From positions 1 to 25,009 of IMG/VR virus record IMGVR_UViG_3300038336_000023: a DNA stretch of 25,009 nucleotides; one strand, 5' to 3'. The position numbers and the translations under genes are program-made. The stretch comes from a virus (Duplodnaviria > Caudoviricetes). The stretch's first letter is position 1; every line of letters begins with the position of its first letter. Positions 1 to 6,739 of the stretch are shown one piece after another. The notes beneath the pieces were generated by a model. The model made no database searches. It was not told the origin of the DNA and was given only the letters and a program-made list of their open reading frames with translations.

Positions 1-1
1 C

Positions 2-1447
2 TTTAATATCGCTTTTACCAAAAACCATCACAATGCCGACGGAACGCTTACGATTGACGTTGAATGCGAGCATGTGAGTTATGATTTATTGGGCGACGAA
101 AACGATCCTGCCGACACGATGATAGTAGACTATTATGCAGATGCCGGCACTCCTGAAACATTAATGACCAATCTGCTTGCGGGTACAGGCTTTACGGTTG
201 GGGCGGTCGAATTTACCGATCCTGAGACTTTAGCGATTAATGAGAGGGTTAGTAAAAAGGGGATACTACTGACCTTGGCGGCTCAGGTTGGTGGCGAGCT
301 AAAGTTTGACAAGTACGAGGTATCTTTGTTAACTCGCAGGGGCGCGGATAATGGTGTAAGTTTTAGATATCGCCGAAATATTATCAGTATGTCAAAAATC
401 GTAGACAACCGTAATAGAGTGTCAGGCTTGCCAACGGTAACATACGACACGGACGTTGTCGAGCTAGAATTTGCCGAAGGGCATGGGGTTGACGATCATT
501 ACGAATTAGGCGATACGGTTTATCTTTTTGACGATCAGTTAGGCATCGCTAATTTACCAGTTCGAATCATTAAGGAATCACATGATCCCATGCAGCGGAT
601 GAAGGGTAATGTGACCATATCAAATGCGACAGATGCCTTTATAGGCGATATAAGTAATACGGTATCTAATCTGCAGCAAACGTCAGTCCAAAAAGATGCA
701 TCATACTATGGGTCGAGGATAGGGCCAACGATTGGGTTTGAAAGTACCAGGGCCGACAACTTGGCAAGGGCTTTTTTTAATGCCGATGCTTTTAAAATGC
801 AGGCAAGAGCTGCCGCCATAGATGAGTGGTTAGATAAAGTTTATTATGATGCCGCCAATGGCGAGTATACCCTTGATGGTAGGTTTATCCTTAAATATTT
901 AGGTAAGCTTTTGGCTGAAATTTATAAGGATGAATATGGCGGCAGAATGAAGCTTTATGACGCTGACGGAAACTTAAATATCATCATGGGGGTTGAAGCT
1001 GGCACTGGCACCAATACTGGCGGCACATTAATTTTCCTTAAAGATGTTCCCGAAGGGGAAGATTATCGAGACTACCGTAGAGTTGAGATAGGGATAGTAA
1101 AAGCGACGGATTCAGGAGTAATAAATCTACGCGACACTAATAATAAGGCTAGAGTCTCAATTGAGGCTGATTCGGCCATTGGGCCCTATATCGCAGTAAG
1201 GGACACAAACGAAGTAATCAAGACATTTTTGACAGTTAGTAAGTTGGATTTAGGCAAGCTTTGTGTAGATACCGAAGATTTAACCCTTGGCGTGCCTGCT
1301 TTCGTTGTCAAGACTGCTGCGGGTGTGGTAAAATCCTATCTTGCCGAATCAAGTGGGCAGATAAATAATAAAGAGATTGCCACGCAGGAATATGTTGACC
1401 AAGCAATAGCCGATCATGTAGCAGCATATGTCCATACACCTGTATAA
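2..1447 (+). CDS. Phage tail protein (prophage tail endopeptidase / tail-spike family), 5'-truncated by the window
   Basis: The frame is open from position 2 (FNIAFTKNH...VECEHVSYDL), upstream of the ORF-track start at 74. HVSYDL, RRGADNGVSFRYRRNI and LGDTVYL motifs are typical of siphophage Tal/endopeptidase tail proteins. It lies just before the lysis genes. Confidence 0.75.
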   Translation, partial: FNIAFTKNHHNADGTLTIDVECEHVSYDLLGDENDPADTMIVDYYADAGTPETLMTNLLAGTGFTVGAVEFTDPETLAINERVSKKGILLTLAAQVGGELKFDKYEVSLLTRRGADNGVSFRYRRNIISMSKIVDNRNRVSGLPTVTYDTDVVELEFAEGHGVDDHYELGDTVYLFDDQLGIANLPVRIIKESHDPMQRMKGNVTISNATDAFIGDISNTVSNLQQTSVQKDASYYGSRIGPTIGFESTRADNLARAFFNADAFKMQARAAAIDEWLDKVYYDAANGEYTLDGRFILKYLGKLLAEIYKDEYGGRMKLYDADGNLNIIMGVEAGTGTNTGGTLIFLKDVPEGEDYRDYRRVEIGIVKATDSGVINLRDTNNKARVSIEADSAIGPYIAVRDTNEVIKTFLTVSKLDLGKLCVDTEDLTLGVPAFVVKTAAGVVKSYLAESSGQINNKEIATQEYVDQAIADHVAAYVHTPV

Positions 1448-1469
1448 GCGCCAAAGAGTGTTATTTTTA

Positions 1470-1498
1470 TTGCCAAAAATCATAATTAAAAGTAAACT
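1470..1498 (+). promoter_or_regulatory. Putative sigma-A promoter for the structured RNA
   Basis: TTGCCA-17 nt-TAAACT immediately upstream of the structured element at 1505. Confidence 0.4.
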
Positions 1499-1504
1499 AA
1501 AAAG

Positions 1505-1607
1505 GCCGGAGGCTTGGCAAGGGTAGCTCCCTTGTGACGAATGTACTTGCCCAGTACAGCCCTGGCACATTTGGGCATACCCTATAGGGGCAATGGGGTG
1601 CTATAGG
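1505..1607 (+). ncRNA. Structured RNA, three-way junction with pseudoknot potential (copy 1)
   Basis: P1 1505-1513/1559-1566; P2 GCAAGGG-TAGCT-CCCTTGT; P3 TGTACT-TGCCC-AGTACA; complements of the P3 loop (GGGCA) at 1573 and 1588. Same architecture as 24030-24126. Confidence 0.6.
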
Positions 1608-1616
1608 CACACCGCA

Positions 1617-1646
1617 GAGGACTTGGATTTATTCCGAGTCCTTTTT
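1617..1646 (+). terminator. Intrinsic terminator
   Basis: GAGGACTTGGA/TCCGAGTCCTT hairpin followed by a T run. Confidence 0.7.
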
Positions 1647-1672
1647 GTATTACATATTGGAGGTGTGTTTTA

Positions 1673-1870
1673 TTGAATGAACAATGCTTATCTGACAATC
1701 CATGCGTAGCTGTAGCTCGTTTGGAACAAAGGCAAAATAATACGGACTCAGACATCAAGGATATAAAAGACTGCCTCAAAGCCTTACAGAGTCGCCTACC
1801 ACTCTGGGCAACATTGGCCTTTACTGCTGCCGGTACAACTATTGGGATACTGGCATCACATTTAAAATGA
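1673..1870 (+). CDS. Holin-like / XhlA-like lysis protein
   Basis: GGAGGTG RBS, N-terminal coiled coil plus one C-terminal TM helix, directly upstream of the endolysin. Confidence 0.65.
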   Translation: MNEQCLSDNPCVAVARLEQRQNNTDSDIKDIKDCLKALQSRLPLWATLAFTAAGTTIGILASHLK

Positions 1871-1883
1871 AAGGAGTTTAATC

Positions 1884-2534
1884 ATGCCGATAATCTGTAT
1901 TGACCCAGGCCACAACAATAAAGATGCCGACACTGGCGCGCAAGCCAATGGACTCAGGGAAGAATTGCTGACCTTGGATATTTGCCAGAGGATTAAGCCC
2001 TTGTTGGAGTTTAATGGATTTACCGTCGTAATGACCCGGGATGGCGATTTTGTTAACGGGGCCCATAACACACTTATCGAGTCCCTGCAAACCCGTTGCT
2101 ATATTGCCAATAAAGCACAGGCTAATTTATTTATATCAGTCCATATAAACGCCGGAGGTGGCTCCGGAGTAGAGGTCTTTGCTCTCCCCGGGGGTCAGGC
2201 CGAGAAGGCTGCAAAGATTGCCTTATATTACTTAGTACAACAAACCGGATTGACTGACAGAGGCGTAAAAAGCGATAGTTTTTATGTGCTTAAAAATACC
2301 AACATGCCCGCAATCCTGACAGAGAATGGCTTTATTGATAACCATTCGGATGCCCAAAAACTTGCCAATCCTGATTTTAGGCAAAGGATTGCCATAGCCC
2401 ATGCGAAGGCCGTATGTGATTACTTTGGGCAGGAGTACAAAGAGCAGGGTACGACAGAGCAACAACAGCCTGACAAAGTACAGGAAACTCTGAAACTGGC
2501 AAAACAGATAGTATCTATTTGGGAAAGCAAATGA
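1884..2534 (+). CDS. Endolysin, N-acetylmuramoyl-L-alanine amidase (Amidase_3)
   Basis: IDPGH, E, FISVHIN and PAILTENGF zinc-amidase motifs; AAGGAG RBS; no obvious cell-wall-binding domain. Confidence 0.95.
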   Translation: MPIICIDPGHNNKDADTGAQANGLREELLTLDICQRIKPLLEFNGFTVVMTRDGDFVNGAHNTLIESLQTRCYIANKAQANLFISVHINAGGGSGVEVFALPGGQAEKAAKIALYYLVQQTGLTDRGVKSDSFYVLKNTNMPAILTENGFIDNHSDAQKLANPDFRQRIAIAHAKAVCDYFGQEYKEQGTTEQQQPDKVQETLKLAKQIVSIWESK

Positions 2535-2755
2535 AGTACGATGGGAGGATGATTTTTTTGAAAAGCTGGTACGAATCAAGGACAATACTTTCGGCAATAG
2601 TGGTTATCTTAGCGACTATCTTTGGGCTTTTTGGGTATGTCGTTGACGATGGCAGTCAGGGGCAAGTAGTTGATTTGGTTACAAGCATAATTACCGGGAT
2701 TGCTGGATTAAGCGCGATTGTTTATCGGATTAAATCTACTAAGCAGATAAAGTAA
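2531..2755 (+). CDS. Holin (2 TM); start may be TTG 2558
   Basis: KSWYESRTI start, two hydrophobic helices, basic C-terminus; follows the amidase; GGGAGG RBS lies upstream of TTG 2558. Confidence 0.7.
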   Translation: MKYDGRMIFLKSWYESRTILSAIVVILATIFGLFGYVVDDGSQGQVVDLVTSIITGIAGLSAIVYRIKSTKQIK

Positions 2756-2779
2756 GCTGTCAAGTAATCCTTGACAGCT
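2755..2779. repeat. Perfect 10-bp inverted repeat
   Basis: AGCTGTCAAG-TAATC-CTTGACAGCT. Confidence 0.7.
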
Positions 2780-2787
2780 CAATATTT

Positions 2788-2820
2788 TAACCCCCTCCAA
2801 ACGGAGGGGTTATTTTTTTT
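2788..2820 (+). terminator. Terminator of the late/lysis operon
   Basis: CCCCTCC-AAAC-GGAGGGG hairpin followed by a long T tract. Confidence 0.85.
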
Positions 2821-2862
2821 GATCTTTTTTAATTAAATTGATAAAAATATACTAAAATCATG

Positions 2863-2901
2863 TTGACATATCTCTTGATTAATGGTATACTAATATCAAG
2901 A
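2863..2901 (+). promoter_or_regulatory. Strong sigma-A promoter with operator-like inverted repeat
   Basis: TTGACA-17-TATACT with extended TG; TCTTGAT (2873) and ATCAAGA (2895) flank the -10. Confidence 0.8.
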
Positions 2902-2927
2902 TAAAGAAACGAAAGGGGTTAAGAAAA

Positions 2928-3260
2928 ATGGTAAAGGCTACTAAAGCAACTAGACAAAGACTCAAAAAACTAAAAAATATAAATAACACATTAGCTGAAA
3001 TATTAATCGAACGTATAGAAATTGCTGAAAATATAGAAGCTTGCATTAATGATGGATTTACACTTACACAGGATGATTATAGCAAAGGATTTTACTCTAA
3101 TGATAATCTATATATCAAAGCTCAACCTTGGGAAAAGCCTTATTTTAGTGGATTTTATACCAAATATCCTTCCTTAATTTCTACAACATTCACGCATGGA
3201 TTAAACGAAGTGCAAATACCAGATATAAACAAAATGGTCAAAGCAATGTTAAGGAACTGA
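2928..3260 (+). CDS. Hypothetical protein (AT-rich accessory gene)
   Basis: 110-aa ORF with AAAGGGG RBS, first gene behind the promoter at 2863. Confidence 0.75.
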   Translation: MVKATKATRQRLKKLKNINNTLAEILIERIEIAENIEACINDGFTLTQDDYSKGFYSNDNLYIKAQPWEKPYFSGFYTKYPSLISTTFTHGLNEVQIPDINKMVKAMLRN

Positions 3261-3320
3261 TAAATTCAAACCGAGCCGGGCGGTTAATCCCGGCGTTAAG
3301 GGGGGAGGGAGAAAGGATAA

Positions 3321-3482
3321 ATGAAAGCAAAAGACATTAAAGGATGCGATAACTGTCCATTATATAAAAATGATTGCAAAGGTGGATGGTCTTCGGATGG
3401 CAGGGGGACACCCGTAGAGCCTCCTTGCACTGGATGGGATGATGATAATGACATATATGAAGGTATGTATGAAGAATATTAA
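3321..3482 (+). CDS. Small acidic Cys-containing protein (53 aa)
   Basis: Manual translation MKAKDIKGCDNCPLYKNDC...PPCTGWDDDNDIYEGMYEEY; AAAGGA RBS; below the ORF-track cutoff. Confidence 0.7.
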   Translation: MKAKDIKGCDNCPLYKNDCKGGWSSDGRGTPVEPPCTGWDDDNDIYEGMYEEY

Positions 3483-3500
3483 AAAAATAAAGAGGTTAAA

Positions 3501-3656
3501 ATGAACATCAAAAAACAACACGGCGGCCGACGCGAAGGCGCTGGTCGCAAGCCAAGCCCAAGCCCCAAAAAGACATTCTCTGTCAAGTTGACGGAGAATG
3601 AAAAGCTAAAAGTCCAGGAGTTTATTAAGGAAATGAGGGGTAAAAATGAAAGCTAA
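3501..3656 (+). CDS. Small DNA-binding protein (GGRREGAGRK basic arm plus RHH-like segment)
   Basis: Manual translation MNIKKQHGGRREGAGRKPSPSPKKTFSVKLTENEKLKVQEFIKEMRGKNES; GAGGT RBS. Confidence 0.7.
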   Translation: MNIKKQHGGRREGAGRKPSPSPKKTFSVKLTENEKLKVQEFIKEMRGKNES

Positions 3657-3807
3657 ATATCCAGAATTAACTTGTACCTGCGGAATGACCGCAAAAAATA
3701 TAAAATCAAACAAAAATATTACTTGCCCAAAATGCAAAAGAGAATATTACCTTGCCGAAGCCCTTGGTAAATGGTTGTTTACGGGCAGACAAAAACCCGC
3801 CAACTAA
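3646..3807 (+). CDS. Small zinc-ribbon protein (53 aa)
   Basis: Manual translation MKAKYPELTCTCG...ITCPKCKREYY...; GAGGGG RBS; overlaps the previous stop. Confidence 0.65.
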   Translation: MKAKYPELTCTCGMTAKNIKSNKNITCPKCKREYYLAEALGKWLFTGRQKPAN

Positions 3808-3814
3808 GGCGGGT
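3795..3814. terminator. Hairpin between convergent transcription units
   Basis: ACCCGCC-AACTAA-GGCGGGT; T run on the minus strand. Confidence 0.65.
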
Positions 3815-3827
3815 CCTACTATCTTAT

Positions 3828-4301
3828 TTACTTTAAGCCATACTGGGCCTTATTTTCTAATCTATCTCCCTGAAACATCAGATTAGCGTTAGCCCCTAAG
3901 CCTCCCTCACCTTTATACTGATACATAACCGTATGGTACTGATCGCCGGGGGTTCCACTTTCAGATAGTATCTCGCCTGGTCCTCCGATAATCGCAGTGG
4001 TATCCTCGTATGACATTCCGCTTTTTAGCTGCTCGAATTCGGACTTGCTTATAGTTGGTTTATTTTTAACCGGCTCTGGTGTAGGAGTAGGTGTCGGTTC
4101 CGTTGTAGGAGTCTGGGCGGGCGTCGAAGTCTGCGCAACAGGTGGAGTAGTATTTACCGGGGTAGATGTTGCGCTTGTCGGAGCTTGCGATCCTCCACCT
4201 TTTGCCGCACTTAATATGACTACAATAATTAAAAAGTATCCAAAAATTGCAACGATTTCCTTCCATGTTTTACCTGATCTAAATCCTGGGATTTTACTCA
4301 T
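3828..4301 (-). CDS. Membrane-anchored protein with Pro/Thr linker and DUF3862/BLIP-like domain (possible superinfection-exclusion / lysogenic-conversion protein)
   Basis: N-terminal TM helix, TPTPTPEP linker, C-terminal ISKSEFEQLKSGMSY...GANANLMFQ...KAQYGLK; AAAGGAG RBS. Confidence 0.7.
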   Translation of the reverse strand: MSKIPGFRSGKTWKEIVAIFGYFLIIVVILSAAKGGGSQAPTSATSTPVNTTPPVAQTSTPAQTPTTEPTPTPTPEPVKNKPTISKSEFEQLKSGMSYEDTTAIIGGPGEILSESGTPGDQYHTVMYQYKGEGGLGANANLMFQGDRLENKAQYGLK

Positions 4302-4394
4302 TAAAACATCTCCTTTTTGTTTTTAGAATACTACTATTTGATTATTTTTCCAAGACAAATATTTAACACTACAACAACGACAATACGACAAGCC

Positions 4395-4871
4395 CTACTT
4401 ATTGCCAAAAGGCCACTTAAAAAACTTCTTTTTTTCTTGTTGTTGATCTTGCTTTAGTCTGATTAACTTGGTTAATTTTTCGTCATGGGATTTATTATCG
4501 TTAAGTACATCATCTAATTTACCCTCCAATCTCTGCATTTCTTCCTTAAAAATATTTCTCATAGCCTCCATAAATTCGGCCTGCTGATTTGTTATTGAAG
4601 TATCACAGCTGTGTTGGTCTTGAACAATTAACTCAGCAACAGCCCCATATTTCGATTCCAAGACCTCTTTTATTTCTTCCTGTGACTTTCTCTGCTTAAT
4701 AAGTTTAACAATGTCAATAAGTACGTCTACGCTTCTCTCTGAGTATTTGGGATGCCTGCCGGTCTGCTCGTATTCAAAATATTGTAGATACTCATCTCTA
4801 TAATTATTACTGGTGGACATAGGTATTTTAAGGCCGGACTTCTTAACGATGTCTTTCCATGTGTAAAACAT
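4395..4871 (-). CDS. MerR-like HTH plus coiled-coil protein with C-terminal amphipathic tail (pSK1 Par / DUF3967-like)
   Basis: Start MFYTWKD behind GGGAGG; winged-HTH-like N-terminus (GRHPKYSERSVDVL), coiled coil, ends KKKFFKWPFGNK. Confidence 0.6.
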   Translation of the reverse strand: MFYTWKDIVKKSGLKIPMSTSNNYRDEYLQYFEYEQTGRHPKYSERSVDVLIDIVKLIKQRKSQEEIKEVLESKYGAVAELIVQDQHSCDTSITNQQAEFMEAMRNIFKEEMQRLEGKLDDVLNDNKSHDEKLTKLIRLKQDQQQEKKKFFKWPFGNK

Positions 4872-4882
4872 AGCGATCCTCC

Positions 4883-5356
4883 CTAAAGATAAAATTCCTC
4901 CCATTTGGACTCCTGTTCCGGTTTCCGTTTTTCTTTTTTATTTTTAATTTTTTTATTAAAATTGTTATTTTTAAGATTGTTATTATTAGTGTCTCCATTT
5001 TGGGTATCCCCATTTTCCGTATCCCCAAAACAGGTACACGGTGAGATTTCTAAATTTAATGTATAGATATTATGTCCGAATTTATTTTTGTCACCTATAA
5101 CTTGTTCAACACTTATGTATCCATACTTAATCAAAAGGTTAAAATGCTTGTAGTATCTATTTTTACCCATTACCAAATCATAAATAATTTTTGATACGGT
5201 GGGAAAAGCCGTATTTCCTGAACCAGCATAAGAGCAAAAGTAAGCATAGATTGCCTTTGCTTCCGGCGTTAGTCTCCGATCCTGGGCAACAAGCTTTGGA
5301 TACAAGCCATAACCTTTTGAGTTTATGCCTATTACTTTTAAAAAGTCTGATTGCAT
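4883..5356 (-). CDS. Winged-HTH (HTH_36-like) replication-initiator-like protein
   Basis: YGLYPKLVAQDRRLTPEAKAIYAYFCSYAG...AFPTVSKI...LIKYGYI, then a GDTENGDTQNGDT repeat and Asn/Lys-rich linker as in phage replisome organizers; GAGGGG RBS before ATG 5356. Confidence 0.7.
   Translation of the reverse strand: MQSDFLKVIGINSKGYGLYPKLVAQDRRLTPEAKAIYAYFCSYAGSGNTAFPTVSKIIYDLVMGKNRYYKHFNLLIKYGYISVEQVIGDKNKFGHNIYTLNLEISPCTCFGDTENGDTQNGDTNNNNLKNNNFNKKIKNKKEKRKPEQESKWEEFYL
4929..5031. repeat. Candidate origin 1: three 15-bp-period iterons beside an AT-rich tract
   Basis: GTGTCTCCATTTT / GTATCCCCATTTT / GTATCCCCAAAAC at about 4989-5031, next to a ~60-bp nearly pure AT stretch (4929-4988). Confidence 0.55.
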
Positions 5357-5391
5357 AAAAAATATTCCCCTCTTTTCCAGCAAATTCCTAC

Positions 5392-5420
5392 TTGCGAAGG
5401 GAACTCTCATGTGCTAAAAT
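5392..5420 (+). promoter_or_regulatory. Promoter of counter-transcribed RNA
   Basis: TTGCGA-17-TAAAAT with TG extension, antisense to the leader of the 4883-5356 gene. Confidence 0.65.
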
Positions 5421-5426
5421 AATACC

Positions 5427-5501
5427 ACAAATTGAAAGTTTCCTTCGGATGGGCCCTCTGAAAGTGTTGAGCGACCAAACTAAGCACTTCAGGGGGTTTT
5501 G
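5427..5501 (+). ncRNA. Putative ~75-nt antisense (ctRNA-like) RNA to the rep leader
   Basis: Own promoter, no ORF, ends in long hairpin CCCTCTGAAAGTG...CACTTCAGGGGG followed by TTTT. Confidence 0.6.
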
Positions 5502-5553
5502 CTATTTTTATCTATAATATCCTAAATTTCATGTTTTTTAAATAAAAAGTTTT

Positions 5554-5580
5554 ATCCCTCGCGATTTGCGAGGGATTTTT
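5554..5580 (+). terminator. Terminator-like hairpin
   Basis: ATCCCTCGC-GATTT-GCGAGGGAT followed by TTTT. Confidence 0.6.
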
Positions 5581-5745
5581 GTTATAGGTATTTAGTACCA
5601 ATTGTATAGGCTAAATAGTTCAATTATATAATAATAGCCCCGTAATTAAACAAATAATTACATATTGTATATATATAGAGGGGTAATTATCCAAGATACA
5701 TAATACTTCGAAGAAGGGAGGAGTAATCGTTAAGCAAAAAAACAC

Positions 5746-5904
5746 TCACGATTTTTTGCGAGTGCTTGCGAAATCCTTAAGAACTTTAACAATTAAATTA
5801 TTAAGGCTCCTATTATCTTTAGCGGCGATTTGTTCAAGGTCTTGCTTTAGTGTCTTAGGTAACGTGGTGACATATCTTGTATTTTCTTCTGAAATTTTAC
5901 CCAA
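5746..5904 (-). CDS. Ribbon-helix-helix (CopG/Arc-like) regulator
   Basis: TRYVTTLPKTLKQDLEQIAAKDNRSLNNLIVKVL pattern; TTG start at 5904 behind AGGAGGGTG. Confidence 0.8.
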   Translation of the reverse strand: MGKISEENTRYVTTLPKTLKQDLEQIAAKDNRSLNNLIVKVLKDFASTRKKS

Positions 5905-5940
5905 CTTTATCACCCTCCTTAGGTCAATCATAACAGATTA

Positions 5941-5978
5941 ATCAACTATTGACAAGTATCGCATCAACTTGATATAAT
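5941..5978 (+). promoter_or_regulatory. Consensus sigma-A promoter of the agr-like operon, with repeats
   Basis: TTGACA (5949)-18-TATAAT (5973) with TG extension; ATCAACT at 5941 and 5963; ATCAA-C-TTGAT palindrome over the spacer and -10. Confidence 0.75.
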
Positions 5979-6030
5979 AAGGTAAAGTTTAAATGTTAAA
6001 GTAATATAAGGGTAAGGAGGGTAAATTTAC

Positions 6031-6396
6031 TTGAAGAGGATACTGGACTTAAAGAGTATAGTCTTTGCTTGTGTAACATCGGCAGCTTTACTTTATTACT
6101 TAAAGTTAATATTCGATAATGGTAGTTTTACAGTAGATAGCAAGTGGTTGTTTTTAGCATTTGTAATTATGGTTATGTTTTGCTTTGCTTATATGATAGT
6201 TTACATACGAAGGCTGAATAAAACTGTAGATGATATGAAGTTAATGGTTGAAACAATAGTTGAAAATCAACTTGAAGACAGGATAGCGGCAGAGAAATTA
6301 CATAGGAATACCAGGGTTTTGCTTTTAGAGGCAATAGCCGAGGGAGGTTCGAATGGGGGTAACAAAAAAAGAATTAAAGTTATGGGAAGAAAGTAA
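6031..6396 (+). CDS. Two-TM membrane protein with cytoplasmic helical tail
   Basis: AAGGAGG RBS, two hydrophobic helices, then a coiled-coil-like segment; first gene of the agr-like operon. Confidence 0.7.
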   Translation: MKRILDLKSIVFACVTSAALLYYLKLIFDNGSFTVDSKWLFLAFVIMVMFCFAYMIVYIRRLNKTVDDMKLMVETIVENQLEDRIAAEKLHRNTRVLLLEAIAEGGSNGGNKKRIKVMGRK

Positions 6397-6739
6397 TAGA
6401 TTAAATGATTCAACTTTAGCCTATGTGAAAACTTTAGCAAAACAGAAAAAATTAAAATTAATAGAAACCGTACATCACGGATATGATGCTATACTTCTTA
6501 CAAGTGGACTTGAAGTTTACAAGATAGTAGTAAATACAAATGAGTTTAAACTTAACGTATTAGGCAAAAATATGGTTGGAAACGACAAGGATCATTTTCA
6601 CCATATCAAGGACTTCTTTTATAAAGAAGATTCGTGGCTAGAGGCAATCCAATTTGTGGGAGAAATAGTCCAAAAGAAAAGGAGTGAATACCTTTGTCTT
6701 GGCAAACGGTTCTACAGGAAAGCGCGAGAATATGGTTAG
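6353..6739 (+). CDS. Hypothetical soluble protein
   Basis: GGAGGT RBS; 128 aa; overlaps both neighbours. Confidence 0.7.
   Translation: MGVTKKELKLWEESNRLNDSTLAYVKTLAKQKKLKLIETVHHGYDAILLTSGLEVYKIVVNTNEFKLNVLGKNMVGNDKDHFHHIKDFFYKEDSWLEAIQFVGEIVQKKRSEYLCLGKRFYRKAREYG

Noticed and set aside
2-1447. Diversity-generating retroelement target in the tail gene
   Set aside because: No reverse transcriptase and no TR/VR repeat pair seen in the window.
1504-1570. HDV-like ribozyme (GGCCGG start, CGAAT) or tRNA
   Set aside because: The pairings give a three-way junction, not the nested double pseudoknot, and there is no tRNA T-arm or cloverleaf.
5746-6396. RHH gene as antitoxin of a type II toxin-antitoxin pair
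   Set aside because: No co-oriented toxin-like neighbour; it is divergent from the agr-like operon and upstream of the replicon.
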